Shown one piece after another: positions 8,325-17,789 of a DNA stretch of 64,000 nucleotides. A program made the position numbers and the translations under genes. Position 1 is the first letter of the stretch, and each line of letters starts with the position of its first letter. The DNA comes from a bacterium (lineage in GTDB: Bacteria > Desulfobacterota > DSWW01), in assembly GCA_040756235.1 (NCBI GenBank), contig JBFLZG010000137.1, positions 1-64,000 of the forward strand, written 5' to 3'. The notes below the pieces were generated by a model. It had not been told where the DNA came from. It saw only the letters and a list, made by a program, of their open reading frames with translations, and made no database searches.

Positions 8325-10733
8325 TCAGAGGCGCTGCTCGGTGCGGGCGATGATCGAATCCTGCAGGCCCCTGCTCAAGTCCACGAAGAACGCGCTGTAG
8401 CCGGCCACCCGAACGAGCAGATTCTCGTATCGGTCCGGATGCTCCTGGGCGTCGATCAGGGTTTCCCGATCGACCACGTTGAACTGGATCTGGCTGATGC
8501 CGAGGTCGCCCCAGGAGCGAAGGTATTGGATGAACAGCTCCTTCTTTTCACTCTCCAGGGCCTGGGGCAAGAATTTCTGGTTCAGCAGGTGATTGTGGGT
8601 TCGGGCGGTGCTGATCTTGGAGGCGGATTTGAGGACCGCCGTGGGCCCGTTGCGGTCCATCCCGAACAAGGGTGAAAGGGTGGCGTCGGCCAGAGGCTCG
8701 CCGGCCCTGCGCCCGTCCGGCGTGGCCGGTACCACGGCGCCGGCCGCATAGGTGGCGGAGATCCCGCTGCCGTCCCCCCGGCACGGATAGCCGAACCGGT
8801 TTCTGGACTGCGCCATGACCTCTGCGGTACGGTGGTGAACCTCGACGGCGGTCCGGTCGGCGTAATCTTCGTCGTTGCCGTACTTCGGGGCACGGATCAT
8901 CAGCTGGCGGACCTCCTCGTGTCCCTCCCAATTTGCGGCCAGGGCTTCCAGGAGTTTCCGCATGGACACCTTCTTGTCATCGAAGACGTTCTTCCGGATG
9001 GCCGTGATCGCGTCCGCCACGTTGGTCGGCCCCAGAATGATACAGAAGTCGGAGACCGCCGACGGATAGCCCCACTTCCGGCAGTCCTGGCCCCGTTCGA
9101 TGCATCCGTCCAGCAGGGCGGAATAGAAGGGCCTCGGGAGGTACTTCTCGTAGAGAGACTGCGAGGTGTTCTGGATCGTGCAGAGGCGGTTGAAGGCGAA
9201 ACGCACCTGTTCGAGGTAAGCGTCCATCACGTCGTCGGCGGACCGGAAGGTCAGAGGATCGGGTGTGCGGACGCCGGCCTGCTCGCCGGTCAGCGGGTGC
9301 CTGCCCTGGTTCAGCGCGTACCACAGGGCCAGGGGCAGGTTGAGGCCGCCCAGGGCGCGGCGCGCGATGTTCTTTCCCGGGAGCTCGAGATAGACGCAGC
9401 CGGTGACCGCGTAGTCGCGCGCGTCCCGGAGCGGCACGCCCCAGCGTTCGAGCAAGGGCAGGATTGCGGCGTCGTTGAAGAAAGACGGATAACCGATCCC
9501 GGTTCGAATGACGTCCACGGCCCCGGAGAGCAGCTCGTGGCGGGTCTTGTCGTGATAGCGGAGCACGATCGTGGGCTCCGGCGTCCGCATGGTGCGGGCG
9601 GTCTCCAGGACCAGGTAGGTCATCTCGTTGAGCACGTCGCCGCCGTCCGGGCCGACCCCGCCCAAGGTGATCGCCTGCAGCGACGCCACGCCGCCGTAGA
9701 CCGCAGAAAGGGTGGGCGAGTAGATCAGGCCCAGCTCGTGGAACTTCACCCAGAGCAGCTGCAGCAGCTCCAGCGCTTCCTCGCGGGTGATGCGGCCGCT
9801 TCTGAGGTCGTTCTCGTAGTAAGGGCCGAACACCTTGTCGAAGCGCACCCCGATACCCAAGGTCGAATACTCGAGGTAGCGGACCACATGGATGAAGAAA
9901 AAGGATTGAAGTGCTTCCTGCAGGGTCTCCGGAGGGTGCTCGGGCACCTTGCGGCAGATCCTTGCGATCGTCTCCAGACGCTTCCGGTCTTGCGGGTCGG
10001 TCGATGCGGCCGCCTTGCGCCGGGCCATCTCCGCGTACCGCCCGGCGTAGGAAATGACCGCCTCGAGGGCGAGGATCACGGCCTGGAGGAACTCCTTCTG
10101 GTCGATGTAGTCGAGGGGTACGGTTCGATCGATCTCGACCAGCTTCGCCTCGGCCTCTTCGATCAGGCCCCTGAGCCCGACGCGGAAGATCTTCTCGTAG
10201 TTCGGGATGCCCAGCTCGGACCAGTGAGACCAGATGCCCGCGCCCATCTTCGACATCTTCCAGTACTCGAGCACTTCGCCGGTGAACGTCGCCTGCTGGA
10301 TGTCGCTCATGGAGCGGCCGTTCCAGTAGGCGATGAGCTCGTCCAGCTTCCTGCGGCCCGCCGCGTCGAGCAGCGTAGAGCCTTCGGCCTCATCCACGAT
10401 GCGCCGCACCGAGCGCCAGTTCATGTCGATGCCGAAGTAGAGCCCCTGAGGCGTGGCCACGTTGTTGCCCACGATCCTTTCCCAGTCCTGGATGTACAGG
10501 GTCATGCGGGTCAGGATCCGCTCGAGCGCCTTGGCTCGGCGCAGGACCATGGGCTCGCCCTCGGTCTCCTTGTAGGACTCGGTCATGAGGATCGAGCGCT
10601 CGAGGTCGAGCTTGATCTCCGGGCGGTACATCCCCTTTTCGGCGTTTTCCTTCCGGCCTGCCTTGCGGATGTTGCGAACGGCCTTTACCACCAGCTTGTT
10701 GCGAATGGAATCGCCTGCGGTGTTCGTGGACAT
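8325..10733 (-). CDS. Glycyl radical enzyme (PFL2/PflD-like superfamily), substrate unknown
   Basis: 802 aa; ESYKETEGEPMVLRRAKAL, ITLGGV, Cys loop VTGCVY, KYGND, C-terminal Gly loop LVRVAGYSAFF. Confidence 0.93.
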   Translation of the reverse strand: MSTNTAGDSIRNKLVVKAVRNIRKAGRKENAEKGMYRPEIKLDLERSILMTESYKETEGEPMVLRRAKALERILTRMTLYIQDWERIVGNNVATPQGLYFGIDMNWRSVRRIVDEAEGSTLLDAAGRRKLDELIAYWNGRSMSDIQQATFTGEVLEYWKMSKMGAGIWSHWSELGIPNYEKIFRVGLRGLIEEAEAKLVEIDRTVPLDYIDQKEFLQAVILALEAVISYAGRYAEMARRKAAASTDPQDRKRLETIARICRKVPEHPPETLQEALQSFFFIHVVRYLEYSTLGIGVRFDKVFGPYYENDLRSGRITREEALELLQLLWVKFHELGLIYSPTLSAVYGGVASLQAITLGGVGPDGGDVLNEMTYLVLETARTMRTPEPTIVLRYHDKTRHELLSGAVDVIRTGIGYPSFFNDAAILPLLERWGVPLRDARDYAVTGCVYLELPGKNIARRALGGLNLPLALWYALNQGRHPLTGEQAGVRTPDPLTFRSADDVMDAYLEQVRFAFNRLCTIQNTSQSLYEKYLPRPFYSALLDGCIERGQDCRKWGYPSAVSDFCIILGPTNVADAITAIRKNVFDDKKVSMRKLLEALAANWEGHEEVRQLMIRAPKYGNDEDYADRTAVEVHHRTAEVMAQSRNRFGYPCRGDGSGISATYAAGAVVPATPDGRRAGEPLADATLSPLFGMDRNGPTAVLKSASKISTARTHNHLLNQKFLPQALESEKKELFIQYLRSWGDLGISQIQFNVVDRETLIDAQEHPDRYENLLVRVAGYSAFFVDLSRGLQDSIIARTEQRL

Positions 10734-11072
10734 GGATCGGCCTCCTGTCCGTTCGGCTCGGAGAGGTGTGCGCGTCAGAGGACGTTCCTATCCTGTTATC
10801 ATTGCGCGGCGATCGTCAACCTTGCGCCTTCGGCGCTTTTCCTTCATCTAAAAGGAACAATGTATCCGGCTGTCATGCAGGCCCGCCAAGTCGTAACGGA
10901 AGCAGCCTATTACAACTTTGTTATTGGAGTCGCCGGGCGGTGCCTGCGGCGGGCATTCGCCCGTGCAAGAAGAATTTCTGAGGACGCCTCATGTGCATGT
11001 AATCACGACGTTTCCGTGGACGGTATTTGCGGGAGGACTCGAACGGCAGAAGCCTCGGGGCGGCCTGCGGCC

Positions 11073-11087
11073 TGGCAGATTTCTTGC
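11073..11087 (+). promoter_or_regulatory. Candidate sigma54 promoter
   Basis: TGGCAG-ATTTC-TTGC(T) upstream of ATG 11213. Confidence 0.6.
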
Positions 11088-11212
11088 TTGAAGCTACGGG
11101 GGATCTGCGTTCGTTCGGCAGATCGCAAGGGACCCGAGGGTCCCGTCCATCCGTTTGCCTGCGACGCCAGGCGCGCGCCGCGGAGAAGCGCCGGTGGAGA
11201 GGAGGATACAGG

Positions 11213-11857
11213 ATGAAAGCGAAAGCGACGTTTGCGCTCTTGGTTCTCGCGATCTGGTCCGGCACGGCGTTCGCCGGCCCTCCATCTCTGTTGGGCGGAA
11301 AACCGCTGCCCGGGGGAACGGCCCACAGGGTCGGGGCAGGCTGGCCGAGCCTGCTGTATGAGTGGTGGCATGCGGGCAATCCGGACTGGGCGATCGGGGG
11401 CGAGCTGGTGTACGGAGAATGGTCGGGCGAGTACTCGGACGTCGAGATCGGCGGCGCCTTCAACGTGCCGCTCAGGTGGCACATCGGCGGCGGCGGGGCC
11501 GTCGACGTGGCCTTTCGCCTTACGCCGGGCGTGCTGTTCGGCAGCGCCGAAGAGAGGCGAGAGGACGATTTCGTGTTCGGGCTGCGCGGCGAGTTCGGCA
11601 TTCCGATCACCATCGACCTCTCTCCGGAGGTCAACCTCGTCACGGGGGTCATGGTCCCCTTTTCCGCCTTCTTCGTGGATGACGCCGATGATTACGTCGT
11701 GATCCCGATCCTGCCGCGGATCGGCGCCGAGCTGAAGGCGACGAACACGATCACGCCCTGGCTCCTGCTGGAGCTCGGGCCGGCGATCGCGGCCGGCGAG
11801 TTCGGATCCGACGTGGATTTTGCTTTCCGGGTCTGGGTCGGGAGCACCTTCAGGTAG
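11213..11857 (+). CDS. Secreted protein, probably a small outer-membrane beta-barrel
   Basis: GGAGG RBS; signal peptide ending AFA; alternating amphipathic strands; terminal ..VGSTFR. Confidence 0.7.
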   Translation: MKAKATFALLVLAIWSGTAFAGPPSLLGGKPLPGGTAHRVGAGWPSLLYEWWHAGNPDWAIGGELVYGEWSGEYSDVEIGGAFNVPLRWHIGGGGAVDVAFRLTPGVLFGSAEERREDDFVFGLRGEFGIPITIDLSPEVNLVTGVMVPFSAFFVDDADDYVVIPILPRIGAELKATNTITPWLLLELGPAIAAGEFGSDVDFAFRVWVGSTFR

Positions 11858-11905
11858 AGCCTGTCCCAGAACAGGCTCTAGAATTCGAGCTTATGGGAAA
11901 AGCCC
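11857..11905 (+). mobile_element. Internally deleted MITE-like element, copy B (49 bp)
   Basis: GAGCCTGTCCCAGAA...TTATGGGAAAAGCCC; flanks CAGGTA/CAGATA; overlaps the TAG stop of the upstream gene. Confidence 0.6.
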
Positions 11906-12085
11906 CAGATAGGGCGTGCGCCGCGCCCTCCTGACGCCTTCCTTTGACACTCGAGCGGTTCTTCTTCAAGCTGTTCCCTCGAGTCCCGCCGTTTGCCGCG
12001 TGAACCGAACCGGAGAGACCGGCGACGGGACGGGGATCGCATCGATCATGACCAGAGGGGCCCGGTCCGAAGATTTGTCCGTCCC

Positions 12086-13723
12086 ATGAGCTCCAGTCTG
12101 CCTGTAGAGCCGGGAACCTGCGAACCCGGCGAGAAGCCCGCCGGCGCCGGAGAAGGCCGCGCAGCCTTTCTGGTCGGGGCCGGCATCTTCCTCAGCCGGA
12201 TCGCCGGCCTCGTCCGTGACCGGGTCTTCGCTCATTTCTTCGGCAGCTCGGATGCCGCCGACGCTTTCAAGGCCGCGTTCCGGATTCCCAACCTCCTGCA
12301 GAACCTCTTCGGGGAAGGCACCCTTTCTGCCTCCTTCATTCCGGTCTACGCCAGGCTGGCGGCAGAAAAGAACCTGGAGGAGGCGCGCCGGGTGGCGGCC
12401 GGCGTGGCGGCCTCGCTCGCGCTGGTGGTTTCCGTCCTCGTGGCGCTCGGGGTTTCTCTTGCGCCCTGGTTGATCGCGGGGATCGCGCCCGGCTTCACGG
12501 GCGAGAAGCGGGAGCTGACCGTCCGGCTGGTGCAGATTCTCTTCCCCGGGGCGGGCCTGCTGGTCTGCTCGGCCTGGTGCCTGGGCATCCTCAACAGCCA
12601 CCGCCGGTTCTTTCTCTCCTACGCGGCGCCGGTCCTCTGGAACATCGTCATGATCGCCGCGCTCCTCGCCTTCGGCAGCCGCCGGGGACAGTTCCCGCTG
12701 GCAGCTACCCTTGCCTGGGCATCGGTGCTGGGGAGCGCCATCCAGTTCGGGGTTCAGCTGCCCGGGGCGCTGCGGCTGGTCGGGAGGCTGCCTGCGGGCC
12801 TGCACTGGGCGCAGGCGAGCGTGCGCACGGTCATGCGCAACTTCGTCCCGGTCGCGATCGGCCGCGGCGTGATGCAGATCAGCGCCTTCGTGGACGAAAT
12901 CATCGCCAGCCTGCTGCCCACGGGAGCGTTCGCCGCGCTCAGCTACGCCCAGACGCTGTACATGCTTCCGGTCAGCCTCTTCGGCATGGCCGTATCGGCC
13001 TCGGAGCTGCCGGCCATGTCGAGCGCCCGGGGCGGCGAGCAGGAGATCGCCGGCTACCTGAACCGGCGCCTCAACGGCGGCCTGAGAAGGATCGCCTTCT
13101 TCATCGTGCCGTCGGCCGTGGCGTTCCTGGCCCTCGGCGACGTGGTCGCCGCAGCCATCTACCAGACCGGCCGGTTCACGCAGCGTGATGCCCTCTACGT
13201 GTGGGGCGTGCTGGCGGGGGCGACGGTGGGCCTTCTGGCGAGCACCCTGGGCCGGTTGTACTCCTCGACCTATTACGCTCTTCGCGACACGCGCACCCCG
13301 CTGCGCTACGCCATCCTGCGGGTGGTCCTGAGCGGCGCCCTCGGCTACGTCTTTGCCCTGTGCTTGCCTGGCTGGATCGGGGTCCCGGTTCGCTGGGGGG
13401 TGGCCGGGCTGACCCTGTCTTCAGGGATCGGCGCCTGGGTCGAGCTCTCCCTGCTGCGCCGCACGCTCAACCGGCGGATCGGGCGGACCGGGCTGCCGCC
13501 CGAGCTCCTCCTCGGCCTCGGGGCGGCCGCGGCCGCGGGCGCTGCTCTGGGCTTCGGCCTCAAGCTGCTCCTGCAAGGCTGGCATCCCATCCCGCTCGCC
13601 GTGCTCGTCCTGGGCCTGTACGGGGTCTCCTACTTCGCCTTGGCCGCGCTCTTCAGGGTCACCGAGGCCCAGGGGCTCCTGCGGCAGGCCGGACGAGTGA
13701 TCGGCCGGCTGGCCGCCCGTTGA
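12086..13723 (+). CDS. murJ: Lipid II flippase MurJ (MviN)
   Basis: SRIAGLVRD..FG...ADAFKAAFRIPNLLQNLFGEGTLSASFIP; YYALRDTRTP; multi-pass membrane protein. Confidence 0.95.
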   Translation: MSSSLPVEPGTCEPGEKPAGAGEGRAAFLVGAGIFLSRIAGLVRDRVFAHFFGSSDAADAFKAAFRIPNLLQNLFGEGTLSASFIPVYARLAAEKNLEEARRVAAGVAASLALVVSVLVALGVSLAPWLIAGIAPGFTGEKRELTVRLVQILFPGAGLLVCSAWCLGILNSHRRFFLSYAAPVLWNIVMIAALLAFGSRRGQFPLAATLAWASVLGSAIQFGVQLPGALRLVGRLPAGLHWAQASVRTVMRNFVPVAIGRGVMQISAFVDEIIASLLPTGAFAALSYAQTLYMLPVSLFGMAVSASELPAMSSARGGEQEIAGYLNRRLNGGLRRIAFFIVPSAVAFLALGDVVAAAIYQTGRFTQRDALYVWGVLAGATVGLLASTLGRLYSSTYYALRDTRTPLRYAILRVVLSGALGYVFALCLPGWIGVPVRWGVAGLTLSSGIGAWVELSLLRRTLNRRIGRTGLPPELLLGLGAAAAAGAALGFGLKLLLQGWHPIPLAVLVLGLYGVSYFALAALFRVTEAQGLLRQAGRVIGRLAAR

Positions 13724-13731
13724 TCCGCTGA

Positions 13732-13935
13732 TCAGTGGGTCTTGTAGGCCACGAGCCGGACGCAGAGCTTCCTCTCGAGCTCTTTGATCCGTTGGAGCTG
13801 TGCCTCCGTCATGTGGGCCGCTTCCGGCGCCGTGTAGTAGGCAAGAATGCGGGTGCCGGTCGCCTTCTCGAGCTCCTCGATCCTGGCCACATCCTCGTTC
13901 TTCAGGTAGTCGGCATAGGCATGGTCGAAATCCAT
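13732..13935 (-). CDS. Small hypothetical protein (67 aa) with an internal duplication
   Basis: AGGAG RBS; RIEELEKATGTRILAY / RIKELERKLCVRLVAY repeat. Confidence 0.65.
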   Translation of the reverse strand: MDFDHAYADYLKNEDVARIEELEKATGTRILAYYTAPEAAHMTEAQLQRIKELERKLCVRLVAYKTH

Positions 13936-14469
13936 CCTTTCTTCCTCCTTCTCCGTGAGCCGGCCCGAAGGGCCGGACCTGTTTGTTGTCAAGATATTAG
14001 ATCGGGATCGCCCGCCGGGAGTAGCAGAATGATGAAGGGCCTTCCCGGCCGGTTTGCCCCCCCGGTGGCTTCGCTGTGCGCTGTCGAGGGCGGTCCGGGA
14101 GCCGGAAGAAGGCGCGATCTGGAGAGCATGCGTCGCCCGTCTTTGGATCCGGAGCACAGCGGAATTCATCTGTTCGCAGGAATGACGGCAGCTGTGGCGC
14201 GCCGGCCTCTGAAGGCCGCGTATCGGTGTGAGATACACGAGTGCCTTTCGAGACAAAGACCGGGCCGCCCGGGGCTTCGCAGAAAAATATAGCTATTACA
14301 GGGTGCTTGTCGCACACGAGATCCGGCGCCGCACGCGGCTTTGTATAAGCCAAAGATACGAAAGCCCGCCGCCAGCCCCGATTCCAGCCTCATCGGATGG
14401 CCCCGCAACGCTAATTTATCGTTCTCTTACACATACTTGGATGAGGTCGCCGCGCGCTGCCAAGCTGCA

Positions 14470-14484
14470 TGGCATGGAACTTGA
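14470..14484 (+). promoter_or_regulatory. Candidate sigma54 promoter
   Basis: TGGCAT-GGAAC-TTGA upstream of the AGGAGG RBS and ATG 14542. Confidence 0.55.
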
Positions 14485-14541
14485 TAGACCTCTGGTCGAA
14501 ACCCGAAAGAACACGCGACCCGAGACACAAAGGAGGCGGCC

Positions 14542-14985
14542 ATGAAAGCGAGGAAGAGGGCAATCGGATACGTGTGCGACATCCCGGCCGGCGGAACGGA
14601 CGTGGCGATCAGCAGGGAAGATCAGAAGCTCGGGATCGTGAAGCACGCGGCAGAGCAGAACCTGGATCTGGTCTGCATCTTCGAGGACGAGCTGTTCACC
14701 GAGAATCCGCTGGCCCGCGCCGGAATCAACAAGGCGCTCAACTGCGGCGAGGAATACGACGTGCTCCTGGTTGAGCGGGTTTGGGCGCTCAGCCGCAAGA
14801 TGAGGGAGCTGAACCCCCTTCTGGATCGCCTGGACTCCAACCGGACCCCGCTGGTGGCCACCTCCTACCTCTGGGACGTCGCCAGCCAGAGACTCCGCCA
14901 TCGGCACAGCGAGCCGCCTGCGGAGCGGTGCGGGCGAGAGGCGAGAGCGCAGGCCGCAGCCAGGAACCGGATGATGGCGGCCTGA
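14542..14985 (+). CDS. Serine-recombinase (resolvase N-terminal)-fold protein lacking the catalytic motif, paralog 1
   Basis: RAIGYV..EDQ..IFEDE..RAGI..DVLLVERVWALSR aligns with the resolvase domain; YxRxS is replaced by YVCDIP. Confidence 0.8.
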   Translation: MKARKRAIGYVCDIPAGGTDVAISREDQKLGIVKHAAEQNLDLVCIFEDELFTENPLARAGINKALNCGEEYDVLLVERVWALSRKMRELNPLLDRLDSNRTPLVATSYLWDVASQRLRHRHSEPPAERCGREARAQAAARNRMMAA

Positions 14986-15026
14986 TGAGTTCCCGGGGCA
15001 GACGGGGGTAAAGCCTGTGCACGAGG

Positions 15027-15551
15027 ATGGGTCTGATGAAGAAGACGCGCAGAGCCATCGGATACGTGTGCGAGATCCCGATTCCGGGAACGGACCTGGC
15101 TATCGGCAGAGAGCTTCAGAAGCAGCGCCTCAAGGGCTATTCCCAATGGGAAAGGATCGACCTGGCGGAGGTGATCGAGGAAGACGCCTACCAAAAGGAT
15201 CTGATGGCCAGGCCGGGGATCCGGAAATTGCTGAACATTGCCTCGAGCGTCCATGCGGTGCTCGTGGAGAGAGTGTGGTGCCTGAGCCGCAAGCGCAAGG
15301 ACCTGGATCACTTTCTGCGGGCGCTCGATCAGAAGGGAGCCGTGCTCCTCGCGAGCTCCTGCCTGTGGGACAGCCTGAGCCAGTACGTGCGCCACCGGTA
15401 CATGGGTACATTGGCCGAGAGGGCGGAAAAGCGAAGGCAAGGCTGTAGAGAACGGCAAGAAAAAAGTGGCCCGGGCACTCTGCAGAAAACGGCTCGGGTC
15501 GTCAGTATCGTCGGAATCGGCAGCCGCCGTAAAGGGGCTCGGAGCCTGTGA
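15027..15551 (+). CDS. Serine-recombinase-fold protein lacking the catalytic motif, paralog 2 (start may be 15036)
   Basis: RAIGYVCEIP..IEED..RPGIRKLL..AVLVERVWCLSR..LWD; paralog of 14542-14985. Confidence 0.8.
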   Translation: MGLMKKTRRAIGYVCEIPIPGTDLAIGRELQKQRLKGYSQWERIDLAEVIEEDAYQKDLMARPGIRKLLNIASSVHAVLVERVWCLSRKRKDLDHFLRALDQKGAVLLASSCLWDSLSQYVRHRYMGTLAERAEKRRQGCRERQEKSGPGTLQKTARVVSIVGIGSRRKGARSL

Positions 15552-15763
15552 AGCTCAAAGGTGTCTTGTGCGGGGCGGCTCGCGAACGGCTTGCGGAGCC
15601 GTTTCGAGGCGGCCTCTTGCACAGCCCAGGCTGATCCGGGTGCAGGATGCCGGAGGCAGACCGGGGGGATGCGTCGGCCGGCTGAAACCCTGAAATCACA
15701 ACGGCTGCGCCCCTGCCCGGGGTCGAGCGAGCCACAGGGGATCCGGGCACACTTCGCGACCGG

Positions 15764-16294
15764 TCACTGCAGATCGGAGCCGGTTCTCTTGCAAGGCGCA
15801 TACTGGCTCGGTCCGCCTTTTTCCCAATACTCCTGGATAGCCGGAAGAAGGTTTACGACGACGCTGGGGGTTTGTTGGTTGACGGGGTCGTACCAGAATT
15901 GGAACGTCTGCATGCCCGCAGCCAATGGAAACTTTGCTTTGAAAGAAACCGTGGAGAGCAAGTCAGGCAGATTGGATGGTTCCTCCACCAGCACGCGCCG
16001 CGGATTCCGGATGTTCCGCTCATAGAGGACCTGAGCGTTGCTCCCGAGGACCCGGATGCGCGGGTCCCGGCTGGAGCCATCGATGAAATTGCTCGGCGCC
16101 TTGCACGGCAGAACAACCACGCCTTCCGCCCCGAGGCCCCATTGCCCGTTCCCATAATTCAGGTGGACGAGCACAACCGATGCATCGGTTTGCTGGCCGC
16201 CCGCGGGGCTCGGCATCTGGATCACGGCTATCGAGACGAAAACGAAGAGAGCGAGGGCTCGTCCGAGAATGCTTCGGCGTGAACGGGTATTCAT
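15764..16294 (-). CDS. Secreted hypothetical protein
   Basis: AGGAGG RBS; basic N-terminus followed by a hydrophobic signal stretch. Confidence 0.6.
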   Translation of the reverse strand: MNTRSRRSILGRALALFVFVSIAVIQMPSPAGGQQTDASVVLVHLNYGNGQWGLGAEGVVVLPCKAPSNFIDGSSRDPRIRVLGSNAQVLYERNIRNPRRVLVEEPSNLPDLLSTVSFKAKFPLAAGMQTFQFWYDPVNQQTPSVVVNLLPAIQEYWEKGGPSQYAPCKRTGSDLQ

Positions 16295-16334
16295 GGCTGC
16301 CTCCTGGTGCGATCCGGTGCCGAGGTGGCCTGTT

Positions 16335-17378
16335 CTAGAAGTGACCATAATACCAATCGAGACGTTCTTCAGCCTCGACGCCCCAAGGTTCGCCGACGTT
16401 TCCCATCTGCATCACGGTATGAACGTCCAGACTGTGGATTCCCCACCATCCGCCGCTGCAGCTGGTGAACTCCCAGCAAGCTTCCGGGTTCCTGCCCTTG
16501 GCGGTCTGCTCATCCCTGCAGCCGGACCTGAGGTCGAAGATGTTGGGCTCATCGGCGAGCTCGTAGTATCCCCCGGTGCTGCAGTCATCGTCATCGTACT
16601 CATCGCCCAAATCGAATACGGCGTGACCCGATTCATGGAGGAAGGCTTTGGTCGGCCCCCCTTCCGCGGAAAAATGGGAACCCCTCGTGCAGTCGGTAAA
16701 ATCGGAGAGGTGCATGACCGCATCGACGTCCCGCCAGGACATGTCGCGCTCCGCATCGGCGTGCACCGTTCCGCAACCCGCGGAGCCGGCAGCAGTCTTT
16801 CGGTACACATAAAAGCTGAACGTATCGAAATGGGGGCGCTCCGCAATGATCGCCTGCTGGGCATAGACGGTATTGATCTTGTCGCCGACGTCATCCACGA
16901 AAGCTTCGAAAGAGCCGTAGTCCGGTGCCATGTGGAAAACCACGTCCTGCTTTTCGTCTACGGGGCCGGTAAAGCGAGCGTTGATCCAGGGGCAATCGAA
17001 CCCCATGGGAGCGTAATTGTACGCGTCATCCGTCACCCCGAAATGGTAGGTGAAGGTCCCCAGGCCGTCTCCTGTAGCGCTCGTGGCCCTGGCAGAGTAA
17101 GTGACGATCCCGTGCTCGCGGTCCGTGTAGGGCCCTCCCGTATACGAGCAAGTGTCCCCTTCCTGCATGTTCGTGCAGGTCCTCTCCACATCCCCGTTCA
17201 CCGTGATCTGGATCGTACACGGTGGCGCATCTCCGTCGGAGGTCAGGACCGCGTTGAACGTGACGGTCTGGGAGGACTTCGCCACGACCGGCGTATGGGT
17301 GATCCGCACGTCCGGATAACACCCCACGATCATCAGAAGAAGCGTCGGCACCAAGATGCTGGCTGTTCTGCGTTCCAT
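16335..17378 (-). CDS. Lipoprotein with Ig-like N-terminal region and M64-like zinc metallopeptidase domain
   Basis: Lipobox IVG-C; FLHESGHAVFDLGDEY (HExxH followed by LxDEY). Confidence 0.7.
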   Translation of the reverse strand: MERRTASILVPTLLLMIVGCYPDVRITHTPVVAKSSQTVTFNAVLTSDGDAPPCTIQITVNGDVERTCTNMQEGDTCSYTGGPYTDREHGIVTYSARATSATGDGLGTFTYHFGVTDDAYNYAPMGFDCPWINARFTGPVDEKQDVVFHMAPDYGSFEAFVDDVGDKINTVYAQQAIIAERPHFDTFSFYVYRKTAAGSAGCGTVHADAERDMSWRDVDAVMHLSDFTDCTRGSHFSAEGGPTKAFLHESGHAVFDLGDEYDDDDCSTGGYYELADEPNIFDLRSGCRDEQTAKGRNPEACWEFTSCSGGWWGIHSLDVHTVMQMGNVGEPWGVEAEERLDWYYGHF

Positions 17379-17673
17379 GCGGCCCCTCCATCCCCCGAAG
17401 TCCACTGAGATTCCGCTCCCGTCCTCAAGTACCTTGTACGGACTGGTGGCAGGCGGCAGTCAGAATAGGATCGGCCCATTTGTATGTCAAATAAAAGAAT
17501 GGATTATCTTCGCCAGGGGCCGCCGGTTAGGAAATCCATTTCCCTTATGTTTGAAAAACTTCCCGTGCCCCGATGAGCGGTAACACCGCGCGGCCCGTCC
17601 CCCGATCTGGCAAGAACTATTTTTCTCCTTTCAGATCCAACGCTTGCACTTCTCGGGGCCACCTCCACCCCGA

Positions 17674-17688
17674 GGGCATGCGTATTGC
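17674..17688 (+). promoter_or_regulatory. Candidate sigma54 promoter of the EPS locus
   Basis: GGGCAT-GCGTA-TTGC with GG/GC at canonical spacing, downstream of an AT-richer tract. Confidence 0.55.
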
Positions 17689-17789
17689 TAACCTGATTCT
17701 ATCGCCTGCAATGCTCTGCTCGGCGAAGCGCGGGCGTGCGCTCGTACAACATGTAAAGCGAGATTCGCAACCTCGTCTTCGGATGCACT

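Noticed and set aside
8325..10733. Assignment as pflB or bssA
   Set aside because: No Cys-Cys pair, and no small-subunit or activase genes adjacent; left unassigned
8832..11216. 794-aa plus-strand ORF
   Set aside because: Antisense shadow of the glycyl radical enzyme gene in high-GC DNA; no motifs
14037..14060. GGGCAAACC on the minus strand, resembling the start of a c-di-GMP-I riboswitch
   Set aside because: The downstream GAAA loop and GACGCAAAGC elements are missing
14542..15551. Active resolvase/invertase of a mobile element
   Set aside because: Catalytic Ser/Arg motif absent, no DNA-binding domain, and no flanking res or invertible sites seen
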